NCBI GenBank assembly: GCA_013265495.1
Contig: MU058636.1
Span: 9,170,239-9,234,238, forward strand
Reading direction: 5' to 3'
From: Vicugna vicugna
Taxonomy: Eukaryota
Length of the DNA: 64,000 bases
The position numbers and the translations under genes were made by a program. The notes beneath the pieces were generated by a model. That model did no database searches and was not told the DNA's origin. It saw only the letters and a list, made by a program, of their open reading frames with translations. Of this stretch, positions 37,450-53,787 are shown in pieces. Each line of letters begins with the position of its first letter. Position 1 is the first letter of the stretch.

Positions 37450-39690
37450 CTATTGAAGGCACATCTTTATTATGGAAATTTTGATGATACATGTGAAATG
37501 ACACATACACTATTATTACAATAATATGTACAATTACATATATAGTGTATGTGTGTGTATTTATTGAATAAAATGGACAATGAATACACCACCCAACCTC
37601 ACAACTAAAACATTACCAACACCATAAGCTCTGAGTTTTCTTCCCTAAATCTCACCCCCACCTCCCCATAACCGCAAGCCATAATTGTGTTGATTATTTC
37701 TGACTTTAGATATCTAAATTTATATATTTTAATCCAAATTTAGATTTCCCTGAATTTTAATGAAGCTGAATACTTTTCACATGGCTATTTACAGTACGTG
37801 TTTTCTTCCCCGTGAATCGCACATATGTCTTTTGTTTTATAAATCTTTTTCTTACTGATTTATGAGTAGTCTTTATATGTACTTATCCATATCTATGTAT
37901 TTATCTGTATAGACTTGACAGTTACACGTGTGGCAAATATATTCTCCCAGTAGTGGCTTATTTTTTCTCCTTTTCTACGATGCCTTTGATATTAAATATA
38001 TGAAGCGTCAATGTTTAGTGTTTGGTGTGCCTCATTTAAAAATTCTTCCCTTTCTATGGTCTTAAAGATACTCTCTGATATTTTCTTTGAAAGCTTTTAG
38101 AGTTTTATCCCTTTGAATTAAGTCGTTAGTCCACCTACAGCTGCTTTTTGTGCATGGTGTTGGGTAGGGGTCCATTTTAATTTTCTTCCACATAAATAAC
38201 CAGTTATCATGGCATCTTACATGTAACAAACTGATCTGCCGGGCTAGCTCTGTTATAAATTGTTTTCATATAAGGGATGTTCGTGGGTTCTCTATTATGC
38301 TCTGTTATCAGTTTGGTTATCCTCCATCAGTACGACACTGTCTTACCTTCTATGGCTTTATAAGTCTTGGTAGTACAAATGTTTTGGCTATTTGTCATTC
38401 TTTGCTCTTTCACATAACATTTTAGAATAAGATTTAGAACTTATTAAAAACTCTGTTGAGATTTTCATTGGAATTGTATTGAATTCATAGATTGAGAAAC
38501 TCTGCCTCCTAAATTATCTATTATTTGTAACCATGTAGCTTCCATTTAAATAGGTTTTCTTTACTGATTCTCATCAAGTTAAAACAAATTCTCTATGAAG
38601 TTGTTACTTGTATTTTATTGGATTTATTCCTGGGTGACATCACTGTTTTCTTCTCTCTCTTTTTTCGAAGACTCTTTTAGAGCAGTTCTGAGGAAGGCAC
38701 AGAGTTCCCAGAGGCCCCCTGCCCCTACACAAGCACAGGCTCCCCCACTGTCGTCTTTCACCAGATGGAGCATTTGCTACAACTGACGAACCGACACTGA
38801 CACATCATGGTCACCCAGCGTCCACAGCTCACCTTAGGGTTCACTCTCGGTGTTTCATATTCTGTGGTTTTGAACAAGTGTGTGATGCCATGTACCCCTC
38901 AATGTAGTATATATCAAACAGGGTATTTCCACTGCTCTGAAGATCCTCTGTGCTCTACTCGCCCATCCTTCCCTGCCCAGGCCCCAGTCTCGAGCAACCA
39001 CTGATCTCTTCACTGTGTCTAGAATATCACATATTACACCTTTTACTTTTTGTGTCTTACTGCGCTAGCTAGGATGCTAGTGCAAGGCTGAAATATATTT
39101 TATTTGATCAGTCTCTGATTTTATGGGATAGTTCTAAATTTCATAATTAAAAATAAGGTGTGCCACACTTTTATGTATTTCCTTTCAAGTTTCCTTGCTT
39201 TCCTAGTTCACTAAGTGTGTGTTTTAAACATTATAGCGGTTAAATTTGGTCGAATGTTTTTTATACAGAGACCAAGAAAACGTTTTTTTCTCCATTTGCT
39301 AATGTGATGAATTGCACTTTTAGACTTCTTAGTGTTTTATCCTCACACTTCTCACATAAGCCCAACTTGATCATGGTATACCATCTTTTTAAGAACAAAC
39401 TATATATGTAGCTAATATTTTGTTTAATGATGTTTTACTGTTTTCTTGAATAACGTTGACTTGCAAATTTTTTTCTCATACTATTCTTGCCTGAGTTTTG
39501 GTATCAGGGTTATAATGGCCTGTAAGAATGAGTTGAGGAGTGTTTCTTTCTCCGTTTTCTTGGAAGAGTTTGTTCAGTTGAACCAGCCTGAAAAGCCTTC
39601 TGAGGCTGTGGCTTCCTTTCCATTCACACGAACACACAGACAAGTCGGGCTCACATCTCCCTGTGTGCTTGTTTCTTCCACTTTTCCGTG
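37450..39690 (-). mobile_element. Degraded old L1 fragments, with a nested L1MC-like 3' end at about 38655-39025
   Basis: T-rich antisense L1 ORF2 motifs (gttacacgtgtggcaaatatattctcccag; ttgagattttcattggaattgtattgaattcataga; gttttggtatcagggttataatggcc). ttagggttcactctcggtgtt resembles an L1MC 3' end. Confidence 0.65.
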
Positions 39691-39695
39691 CCTTC

Positions 39696-39873
39696 TCCTG
39701 GATGATTTTACTTTTCTTTAGTTAAATTAATTAATTAATTAATTTTTTTTATCGAAGTATAGTCAGTTTACAATGTTGTGTCAATTTCTGGTGTACAGCA
39801 CAATGCTTCAGTCACATACATTCGTTCTCATGTTCTTTTTTTACCATAAGCCACTATGACATCCTGGATGATT
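39696..39873 (-). mobile_element. Short young L1 3' tail with a 12-bp TSD
   Basis: TSD tcctggatgatt at 39696-39707 and 39862-39873. gaagtatagtcagtttacaatgttgtgtcaatttctggtgtacagcacaatg is an antisense L1 tail. Confidence 0.82.
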
Positions 39874-41428
39874 CTCCTTATTCCATTTTCCCTCCTCACT
39901 AATTAGGAGTTAAAGACACTAATGACTTTTAACTTCTGCCATGCAATTTTACTGGGCATAAGTTAAAATTTAAGTTAAAAACTTGTCCTTATTGTAATGA
40001 ACTTCCTGAGTACAAGGGCCTTGGGGATACATTAATACATCATCCTTCTCAATACTGTCCAATACTTAATCTTTTAACTGACCCAAATTAGACATTGTTT
40101 ACTACTACTGTGTCTCCTTTAAAAACTACAAAGGCTTGTTAAATTTGATTTGGTGTAGTCTTTTCTAAAATTCTGTGACACTTATTTTACAAATACACAG
40201 ACTAAACCCATCTAGGAAATCGAGTGGTAAGGCTTAAAATGAAGTTTCATCAATCGTATGAATTGACTGTTTGCAAATCCTGTATAATATAAACCACAGG
40301 CCATTAAGGAAAGAGACTGGAGAGGTCACTTCCATTCCCTGCACATAATGCCAGTCTTCATCACCTGCATTTTGGGATTTCTGCAATAACCACACGGGTT
40401 ACCATCTCTAATCCAACCCACATGCTGCAGCTTAAGTGACTTCAGCCAAGCGCTTTCTAGTAACTTTCCAAATTGCTGACCACAAAGGAAACGCCGCGCT
40501 CCTCCGCATGGTTCACAAGCTCGTTCACTTCAGGTCCCTCCCTTGCTTTTGACATTCACTCAAACTATAAACTTCATTCAGCTCCATCCAGCTGTATGCT
40601 TACATTACTACCCTAGCCTGTCGCACTCTGTGCCTTTATAAAGGATGCTAATTCTGAGTGAGACTTGAATGTCACTGAGAAATCTTCCTGGACTCCCTCA
40701 GGCAGGAAGGTGCCCGCCTCCCTCCCGTGCACGGTCACGGCCTCAGTAGTACAAGCAGCCTGGTATTGCTAGTCAGCATTCGGTTAAAATTTAACTCACT
40801 GTGTGGCTCACATCTTGGCTTCTTCACCTGGTTAGTTGCTAGCACTTGTCTGATAGGGTTGTGAGATCCCTAAAGCCACTCCCCAGTGCTTACTGCAAGA
40901 GCTCCAAAAATGCTCTCTTCATTTTTACATAAACCTTTGTGCAGGACGCCAGGAATACACCTAGATGGCAAAGAGGATACGGTTCCTTCGCTATGATGAG
41001 AAGAGGCTCACAGGGCAGTGGAAGCGAGCCTCGCAGCAGCAGCGCTATGGAAAGAGTCCCCACTTGGTAACTTACTTCTGAGGGAATGGTCAACAACATA
41101 TATACATATATAAGTGATACAATATAATTTTTAAAAGGTTTTATGAGTATAGACTAAAAATGGACAAATAACACCTTCTAGGAACAGGCATAAGATTAAC
41201 TATGAGGTAACATTTGAAGATAATTAAAGGCAGAAATAGTCTGTTTCAAGTATTGGTCCTAACTTTCACATGAGGTATTATTTAAAGGAATGAGCAATCA
41301 GTAGTAGATACTGAGTTTCAACTAAATTCATACAAAATGTTCTTCATATTAGCTCGAGGACACACACAAAATTAACGCTTATCCAAGCATTAAATAAAAC
41401 ATATAAACTATCTATTGTATCCACAAAG

Positions 41429-41434
41429 TTTATT
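41429..41434 (-). terminator. PROSER1 distal polyadenylation signal AATAAA
   Basis: + strand tttatt. Downstream on the - strand is the U-rich tttatatgttttatttaatg. About 1.24 kb after the stop. A proximal AATAAA also occurs at 42458-42463. Confidence 0.65.
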
Positions 41435-42670
41435 TTAAAAAATTGTTAAAAACTAACCATACAGGAATATTTATTAATATACTTAAAAAAGTTTGTTCCC
41501 CAGGTTGAAGGAAAATACATTAGAACATCTTCCAGACACCGTCTTTATAAAAGTAAAACTTCTAGACGCTGAAATGTACTACAGTAGATTCTATAGTTTG
41601 CATTTTTAATCACAGGATTGGAAATCATTCTCCCTACTCCCCTGTCCCCCCAAATGTGGCAGTTATTATACTTAAGTCAATGACATTCAATCGTGTTATA
41701 CACTACCACAGATCCTTAAACAGAGCACACACCGCATACTTACTAACAGGGCAAGTCTTCTCTATCCGTTGTCACATAATTATTTTAGGTAAGCATCTGA
41801 TTTTAAGTACAAATAGAAACACTACATCCCGTGATTGTAAACATTCACCAAGAGCTTCCAGAGTACACTGAGCAACAGAGGTGGCCCAAGGGTCAGTCCA
41901 ATGTTCCGCACTCATTTGGATGCTGCTGAGATTAAGAAACGAGTTTTGAAGGCAAATTATCACAAGCCTTACTTGTATTTCTGTAAGAAAGTAGTTCTGA
42001 AGACATATATATACATGTAGTAGTTGAAAACACCTGAAAGTCATTCTGAAGAGTGTATTAAGCACCATTTTCACTTACCTGAAATACATTGAGTTAAATT
42101 CAGCAGTGTACATATGATCGTTAACGTCAGAAGTCAAAAGTAACTGTGGGCCTCAGGTCCCTTTTGTGGATACGTATGGAGTATGGATACTGAGTTCCAG
42201 CGATGCCAACAGGAACCACTCACGCATACCAAGGGCAGTAAGTCCCCCAGGGCCACATGCAACCCGTAAGTCTGAGGCACAACTACTACTTCTGTCAGTG
42301 GACGCTGTACAGGCAGATTTAAGGCTGTATTCGGCTATGAAGGGTTCAACCTCCTCCTTAGTATCCTCCCCACACAGATCACACACATGACTCAAAATCT
42401 CATAGGGTGGGAGGGGAAAAGTCCCTAAACACTTTCTTAATACTATTCTTCATACAATTTATTGTCAGCATATTTACACAGAGGAGTGTTCGTACTAAAA
42501 ACATGATTTAAAAAAATGCAACCATGTTTTTAAACCCTTATCCCAGTTTCCCCAGGCTCATTCTCATCCTCATTTCCTGACTTTTGGCCAACTTCACATT
42601 TGTCAGATTGTTCACTGCAGTCCTCGGGCATCCGATGTTGCTCCAAAGGAGAATCTGTATTACAATATAT

Positions 42671-42817
<147 letters not shown>

Positions 42818-43373
42818 TTAGCAGAGCGCCAAACCCAATCAGGCCTCCTGGCTTCTGACCATGCCACACTACAGGCAGTTAGAACAGGAAAGAGAAAACT
42901 GCGGGGGCAAGTAATTCTGCTCAGTCTCCTGGAATTTTTAAGAAACACTCAAATTTCTTCAGATGGTAGAGGTGCATAAAAATGCCTTTAAAATATTTAA
43001 TATCCTAAAACAAAACAAAAAAGGCAGTAGGTTTTCTAGAGAAAATTTGCTTTAATGGGCCATTATTTTAGGTAAAACTGTAGACGACAAGCTAAAATTT
43101 AACTGTCATATCTAAAGAGTCCATTTGTAAAATCTCCAAACTGAGATTCAAAAGTCTATAAGCAGGAAAAACAATTCAGAGAGATGAATGTATTGTACCA
43201 CTCTGTTATCCTTCTGAGGGAAGACAAGATTCATTTGCCGATTTGCGGAGAATTAGTCATCAAATCTCCGGACATTCTGCTAAGGGCCATTTTTGCCAGT
43301 GTTGGAATATCACTATCCGCATTACGAGGTCATCACTACAGAAGCCAGGATACGCACGTTACCGTTTTATTCA

Positions 43374-43595
<222 letters not shown>

Positions 43596-43932
43596 CTATT
43601 GCTTCTATATTTGTCAAATACTATCTCAAGATGTTAAAAAAAAATCGTAGAATTTCTGTTGGAAGGAACCATAAAAGTCAGCCACTCACTGATAGAAAAC
43701 TTACTTTCCATTATAAAGTATATTAGTCTGAATTCAGTGAGTCTATGTTTTGCATCTAACACGTTTTACAATCAAGCTAAATTAACAAATACAAATCCTA
43801 CAATTACCTGAGCAGGCATTAATATTTTTATCTCTTTATCTTAACATGGTCAAAGCGCCATAAAACATTTTTTGAGCACTGACATGTCAACCCAGAAAAA
43901 TATAATTCTGCGCCATCAATTGGATTCTTTCA

Positions 43933-45864
<1,932 letters not shown>

Positions 45865-47714
45865 TCAACTTTTAACTCAAAAGAAATGCATAAATTTTTT
45901 GTAATATTTAACAAACATCACAGAAAATCAGTGACAGGTGTAAGAGGCTATTGCAACATATACATTGCAGGATTCCATTTCCCTGATTTTCACCACGGAG
46001 ACTCATAGATCCAGCTGAGTTCTAGCCTCTGCTCAGAGCAGCCCTCCAATTCGCAGTAGGGAAGCCTTGAGAAGTGAGCAAATACACTTTCCTTTCATAG
46101 TTTCCCAATTTTTAAAAATTGGGTGTACTTTACCTTCAATTCTCTCAAACCACTTGTCTAGAGTAATAATACAAGTCACCTCCCCTCTTAAGAGCTTTCA
46201 GGACATCAATTTCCTATTCGGGGCATACAAGGCCTTCTAGGATTCAGACCATCTCTCCAGGGGTCTTAGCTGCCACTCTGTGAGTTGAACTTAATATTTC
46301 AGATTATCAATCTGTATAGTTTTACCCCCCAAGCATTTTCTCATATTGACTCTTCTACATGGCTTAACCTCTAACTTTACTTGGTTTGTCCTAGGAGCTC
46401 CTTCAGGGGCAAAAGCCATGTCTAATTCATCTTCAGAGTCTTGGCACCTCGCCCAGTACACAGCACCTCTGTATTTAACATGTTTGCTGTACTGCACACA
46501 TCATGATTACCTCAATTGCAGTTCTCAAACCCACCCAAGGACTTATTCTCAAGACTTCTAGAGTTTGCTATAATATTTTTATCATGATAAACTCTACAAA
46601 TAATACAAGCATTTTGGGGATGATCTGGGTTCCCTCCCTGAATCAGTTTAGTGAAACTATTTGACTCTGATGATCCTGTCCGTGCCAAATGAAATGTGAG
46701 ATTAGGCAGCTAATGTCAATACAACCACTGTCCACTGCTGTGCTCACACCTGTCTGTTTCAGTCATAAACAGAGAATATTCCTTTTGCAGTGATAATCAC
46801 ATGAAAGACATTTTCATGGACTAAGACTTGCATTTTTAAATCTAGGCATAATAAAGACTCTTGACTTAGGGAAGACATGGTCAGTGAAGTAATGCACTGT
46901 GTTAATCACGGGTGGAGAAGGGACCAGAGGAAAAGAAGAAAACCATGTCTACATCACACATCTGTACTTAGTGATGGCCAAAGGTACCACGCTGCTCTGA
47001 GCAAGCTTTACAGCTATTCTAAAAAATGAATATGGTAGGAGAATTGACAAACAGTAATATATAATAGATGTATATAAACTTCAAATTCAAAAGACTTGTA
47101 GGTGGCACCATGTTTATATCATAAGCAATAATTTAGTTTCAAGAAAGTAGCTATCATTTTAGAGTACACATGAGAATGGATTTGTACCTTTGTAGTCAGT
47201 CTATTTTACAAGAACTAGAAGCACAAGGAATATATAACCAGTTTTGTGTTTGTAAATAATGTATCAAAAATTATTAGATTCATATTGGTTGGGCAACATG
47301 TGAAAATTCACTATCTTATTTAACATCATGCTGAGGACCATGCAGTTAATAACAGATGGCAAGGTAAAAACCAAGCTGTCCCACAGTGTTCTTTATAGCA
47401 GCCTCTGTTGGAGATCTTTTCTTATAATAACACAAAAGCCATGCACTATTAATCATACTGCCCGCAGTTAAAATGCAAGAACACAAAAACAAACCCCCCA
47501 AAATATACCAGGATGAGTATTACTTTCCTGTCATCTAATTTGGTTGCTAACCATAAAACACTGTCAGATCCTGTGCTAAGTACTTTCCACACATCATTTA
47601 ATTTGTCCTCACATAACCCCCTGAGCGAGGCACTGACACTCCCATTTTATAGATGGGTAATCGTGGGCTTGATGTGATTAGGCGACTTGTTAAAAGCCCA
47701 CGCTGCTATCTAGC

Positions 47715-47880
47715 GGTGTTCAAAGGGTAGAAAGTTTCAGTTGTGCAAGATGAGTAAGCTGCAGAGACCAGCTGTACAACATTGTGCCTACAGTTAACAA
47801 TACTGTTATTATGTACTTAAACATTTGTTAAGATGGTAGATCTCATTAAGTGAGATGTGATCACAAGAAAAAAAAAAAAG
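47715..47880 (+). mobile_element. L1MA-type 3' tail inserted in a MIR
   Basis: ttcaaagggtagaaagtttcagttgtgcaagatgagtaag...gctgtacaacattgtgcctacagttaacaatactgt...ttgttaagatggtagatctcat followed by poly(A). MIR core on both sides. Confidence 0.75.
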
Positions 47881-49004
47881 GGTCATGCAGCCATGAAGTG
47901 GAGGAACCAAGATATGATCCCAGGTCTGTCAGATCCACATTCTTAAGCACTACACTAGCTTGTATTTATTGTTTCTTAATATGGTTCAAAAAGGAAAAAA
48001 AAATCTGAATCATGCTAACATAACATAGCAAAGGAAAACAAAGTATGCCTTTCCTAACAAAGGTACTTACGATGACATGATCTGTTTATCCTCTTCAAAA
48101 CCAGATCTATCCATGAGGCTGAGTATAAAGGCTGAAGATCCCTTCATCTCCTTTTCACAGAAGCTAAATGAGCTGCTCACGGTTACAAAGCGGGGTGGTG
48201 CCAGAGCCGGGGTCAAAAACTGGATGTCCTGACACCTCACTCAGTGCCCTTTCCACCCCGCTATGTGACCACCTTAGAAACTACCAGCTAAAAAGCCCGG
48301 TGCTGGCACATCTCAGGGGATGGAATTCTCCCACTAAGACTCCTAGCCGTGACCCTAATGATCAGACTCATGTGCTACTTTGCTACACGGGAAACGGTCC
48401 CAGGTGTGTCTCCACCAGAAGGCCTCTTTCCTGACCGCGCACATCCTCAGCCAGCGGGAGAGCACACGGTCACGGTGCTGCTGCCACCTGCAGGCGTGAC
48501 GGAGGCCACACCCCCACCTGCAGTCCCAGCTCCACTCTGCTCAGGCGCTCTGTATTCTTCTCTCTTCTACCTTAAGTTATGCTCCCCAAACTTACTAAAA
48601 TAATTAAATCTAAAAGATGCATCTGACGTAGTGCTGGTCAAAAACGGTTTTTATCAAAAAAGAAATGTGTTTATATTAAAAAAAAAAAAAACAAGGCTTC
48701 CAATATCACTTAATGTAAAGTGAATGAGGATACACTGCTACACAGCACTTAGACTGCACTGAATGTTTTGCCAACAGGATACAAAGGCATACGGTTACTT
48801 TTAAATCCAGTTAATATGTGCCTGTCAGGTTGTGTGTATAAAATGGACCAATACTAAGCCACTTTTAGCAGGCACTGATTAAATTTTTCAATCAGCAACT
48901 TTCCCCGAAGCCTAAAGTTTCCAAATACACTCAACACAAATTGTCCTCAGTGAGTAACAAAGCAGGCAACCAGGAGAGTTCTCTGGTTCCAATTTGGTAC
49001 TTAC

Positions 49005-49049
49005 TTTGACTCTGTGTAGGTTTTGACTGGCTGGAAAGGTCTTCATTTT
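49005..49049 (-). CDS. PROSER1: PROSER1 exon 10 ((E)NEDLSSQSKPTQSQ(T))
   Basis: tacatag / gtaagt boundaries, 45 nt, phase 1-1. Confidence 0.9.
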
Positions 49050-49699
49050 CTATGTAAAAATAAATAAATACATACATAAATAAATGTTGATGTCAAGCTT
49101 TAATCAAATTACTTGCCACCATAATAATCAGAGCCTGAGGTTAAAAAAAGAAACACTCAAGATATACATGTATACCATGGTAGGAAAAGCAATGCACGCC
49201 TATGGAAAAAGGAAATGAAAATCACAGGAGTAACTATATGAAGACTGCTAGGATTCTGAGCATTTGATCCCCATCATTTCTCTTTAACTTATCAGGTTTT
49301 AAACAAACATTGTTACTTTATAGCTATGTTTAAGAAAGCTTTCGGGAAAGACGATGTCCCAAGCGTGCCATCTAGGAGAAAGCGCAGCAGGCGCGCAGAG
49401 AGGAGGCGCTGTCACTGGCTAAGTGGGCAGTCACTTCTGGGGCACTGCGGCTTACTACAGTGGGAAGGCTTGAAGGTGGGAGGTGGATGCTGAGGGCAGA
49501 CCCCACTGCCATCCCAGGGGCCAGTCTCACAAGCCATGGGGATCACCAAGCAATTACAAAGAGCCTCTGCCGACTTGCAGCGCTCAGCTCTAGAAAAGGC
49601 CCCGTGCCAGGAGCAATCAGGGAGGACTACGCTAGCCGAGGCTGACTTGAAGCCTGTGAGACCAACAACCTAAAGCACACTCCTCTCCACCTGCAAGGG

Positions 49700-52560
49700 G
49701 GAGGACCTAACCACCCCGTCAGTCAAAGATGCAATGGGAGAAAATCACCTCTCGTGGCTTGACAATAACTGCCCGAGAAATCAACAATGTGAAGGACACA
49801 AGGTTCAAAGGAAATCCAACAGCAAAAAAAGGTCACAGCTTGTTTAAGGACTTGGTACAAATAAACAACCTAAACAATGGGTATCTATCAATGGAGAGTC
49901 AATGAAAGAAAGAAAAAAGGACTTTGAAATCCTGTAATGCAAAATAAGAACACATACACATAAAATACTGCAAGAAAATAAGTAGAGAAGGTGAAGATTT
50001 TCAGATATAAAAATGTGACTCCAAATTAATAAATGCCAAAAATGGTGAAGATTAAAAATAACATTGCTGAAAGCTAAAATACTTAGTTGGAAATAAGAAA
50101 CAATAAAAAAAATACTATTTAAAATGGCAAAAATACAAAAAAAAAGTATCATAAATGAATAGCCAAAAAATTTAGAACAGTGCAAAATAAGAGTATCAGG
50201 AGAAAAAAAGAACAGACAAAAAGGCATTAATTAAAGGAATATAAAAACAAAATTCCCCCAAGCTTTAGAGACTTGGGTTTTCATATTCAAAGGGCTCCAG
50301 GAAAGATGAATGATAAGGTCCACAACCAGACATCCTGGTGAAATGTCTGAACTCCAAGATTAAAGACATCTGTGAACTCTAAAGAAAGGAGTATTTTTCT
50401 TTAGAAAGCTTTGTAAGCTTATAGGGGAAACCAAGGTTCTAATAAAAGAAAATTAGCTGGAATTGGGTTTCTCCTCTACAACTCTACGCATGTACCCTTT
50501 TTGAAAAAGCTGCTTAGAGAAGTTTTCTGCTAAAGGAAAATTAGAATGAGCATATCAGGACAGGGCATCAAGGAATAAACAGTTAAGAAGCCCTAAGTTC
50601 AGAGGCACAGAAGGAAAAATGCGTAGTATCCGATCAGAACGCACAAACTGATGAAAAAGGAGACAGAGCGTGGGAGCCACGTGGCGGAGTGCAGGGCAGC
50701 TGTTTGCAGCTTCTCTACGTGACAACCACTAGGAGTGCGAAGGCGATCACTAGCGACACTACACACAGAAATTCGGAGTTTGGGTAGGGGCAAGGAGAGA
50801 AGGGTTGCTAAAAAATAAAAAAAAATTTGATTAGCCCAAGTAAACCAAAGTAAAGAAAATGAAAAACTGGGGAACAGAATAATGAGTACAAAAATAAAAT
50901 GGAAGGACTAAAAACAAATATATAATTTTTATGATTATAGGAAATTCCTATTAAATCTCTCCTTTACTGGTTTAAAATTCTGAATCCAACTATATATAAT
51001 TTATCAACCAACTAATTTATCGAATAAACGAAACCCTAAAAAACCCTGAAGATAAAGATATAGGCAAAATACTTTTGTAAAATAAAACAAAAAGGAGTGA
51101 GGGCAATATCAATCCTTACAAAGGCCAGGGGGGAAAAGTTAAAGTATAACCCAGCTGACATTTTATACCCAGAAAATTCAAGAGCCTTCCAAGAAAAAAA
51201 AAACTAGAATAGGTAATTAGTAATAAGCACCTAGAAACAAAATATTCCATTTATAATTGTAACAAACAAACACCTCTAAAATCCCTAGGCATAAACCTAA
51301 GGCAAAGGACCTATATGAAGAAAATTACAAACTTCTCGAAAGAGGTTAAGTAAGCCCGGGGGAAAACACAGTGCCATGTGACGAGACTTAAAGACACACA
51401 CATGACCGAATGGTCAAACTTGTAAAATGTCATCTCCCCAAATTAGTATAAAACTATAAATACATAAACTCAACTCTTTTTAATTGCATAAACTGATCTT
51501 AAAGTTCAGATGGAGGGATGAATTTCCAAAAATGGTTAAGAAAAATAGGAAACTATAATGAGAGAAAGCTAGCCTTATCAGGTATCACAACACACCATAA
51601 ATCTGCTAATCAAATCAACATGGTATCATGGCATCATCATAACATAAAGTAACTAGACTGGAGCAGAAATAGAGACCCTAGAATTAGAGCCATGTGTCTA
51701 TATGAAAGCTTAAGATAAACGTGGAAATCCAATCAGCAAGGAAAACAGATTAGTTAAAATAACCGGTGCGGACATGAATGGACTGGCTACTACCTGGGAA
51801 AAAAATGAAGGTGAACCGCTCTTTCACCCCTTTATGAAAATAAATTCCAGATGGGCCAAGAGTCTTACAAGACGTAGATTATCTGGACCACGTAGGGTTA
51901 AGAATACCTGACCCAAAATAATAACGTGGTTCCAGATTTCTTTCTTTCTGTCTTTGCAAAAATGTACAACTCTAAGGGCAAAAGTTACCATAAATAAGGG
52001 CAACAAATAAAATGACAAATTTTGGAAAAAATGTCTTGCAAGTTTAATCAGAGTACTCAGCTGCAAACATCAGAGCCACTCTGGCTAGAAAAAGAGAAAA
52101 AGAATTTATTAAATGCTGTTAAGTAACTGTGAGTCTCTGGGAAGGGCAGAATTAAATTAATATAGAACTTAAGTTCCATCCCTACCCTACACATATACGA
52201 AAGTAAATGGCAAGTAGATTAAAAACTATATATTTAAAAAGAATCACTATAAAAGCAATTAGAGAATACAGATGATATTTTTACACTGCCAGGATGGGAA
52301 AGGGTTTCCTAAACGAGACAAAATTCAGAAGAGTCAAGCAATAACTAATCAAAATAAAAATTAAACTTTTGCAAAGACACACAGAAGAAAACATCAGCTA
52401 AACCAGCCCTATCAGATCGGCTAAAGTAAAAACAAACAACAAAAAAACCCCCAAACTGTTAATACCGCATTTTGAGGGTGTGAAGAAACCACGTACGCAT
52501 ATATCTTCACTGGCAGGTATGAACGGGCGCAGTCTTTTGGGAGAATAATTTGCAGGATAC
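49700..52560 (+). mobile_element. Highly degraded L1 (ORF1/ORF2 remnants) in PROSER1 intron 9
   Basis: Very A-rich. Motifs accagacatcctggtgaaatgtctgaactccaag, aggacctatatgaagaaaattacaaa, ataaactgatcttaaagttcagatgga, aaaataaattccagatgg. Confidence 0.6.
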
Positions 52561-52999
52561 AGAAAAATATTTCCACTTCATATCCCAGTTCTTAACAGAC
52601 CCGAAGGAAAAGGGGGAACGGGGAGACGCTAGGGAGGCTTCAGCCCTTCTGAGCGCCTTCTTTCTTCCTGTCTTTGCAAAAATGTAAAACTCTAAAACAA
52701 TAAAATTGAGCATCATTCTGAGCACCTTCTTTCCTCCCCAGGGCAGAAGGAAGACGCCCCCATGCTGACACTCATGGAGTCAGTGATGCTTTTCCACATC
52801 CTGCAGTTTCCTGCTCATGAGCAATGGTTCTTGTTTCTACTACGCGCTCACGTTCACACACAGGGACCAAGGCGGCTCTAGCGGGATCTGTATGTCACGC
52901 TCAGATCCATCGTCAGGCTCTTGGGCTGTGCTCCCTGCTAGGACAACACCACGTCACACAGCCGTGTCAAGGGTTATGGACGTCTGACATGCATCATCA

Positions 53000-53149
<150 letters not shown>

Positions 53150-53646
53150 TCATTCTGAGTCAAACTGTATGGACCGCGATCTAATTTGTTTCTAAAACTG
53201 TTACACAGTGGGTACACTTTACAAGGAGGCTGGGTCTAGGCTTAGGTGAAGAGTAGATCAAACAAGACAGAGGCCTCTGTTTCCCACTGCAGGCTCATTC
53301 CAGGCATAAGTTCATGGAAGAGTATGGTGGGCAGAACCTGCCAGACTTCAATTATTTGCCTTTTCTGTCAAAGTATACACAGTTGGCCTCTTAAAGTTAA
53401 AGAATGCCTTTGAAATACCAACTCTCCAAAAGGGATTTGAGACGATTCACCCATAAGCAAAAACCCATAAAAATAATTAATAATGAAAAATAATCTACAA
53501 TTAATTTATCAATAGGAAGTGTCCCCCATAAACTCTGCGCACTGCTGTAGACCAAGACACTAGTGGCTGACTGTGGGCAAAATAAAGCTCATGACCGCAT
53601 ATCTCATAAGAGTTCCAGATTTCCAAAGTACGTAGACCAACACTTA

Positions 53647-53787
<141 letters not shown>

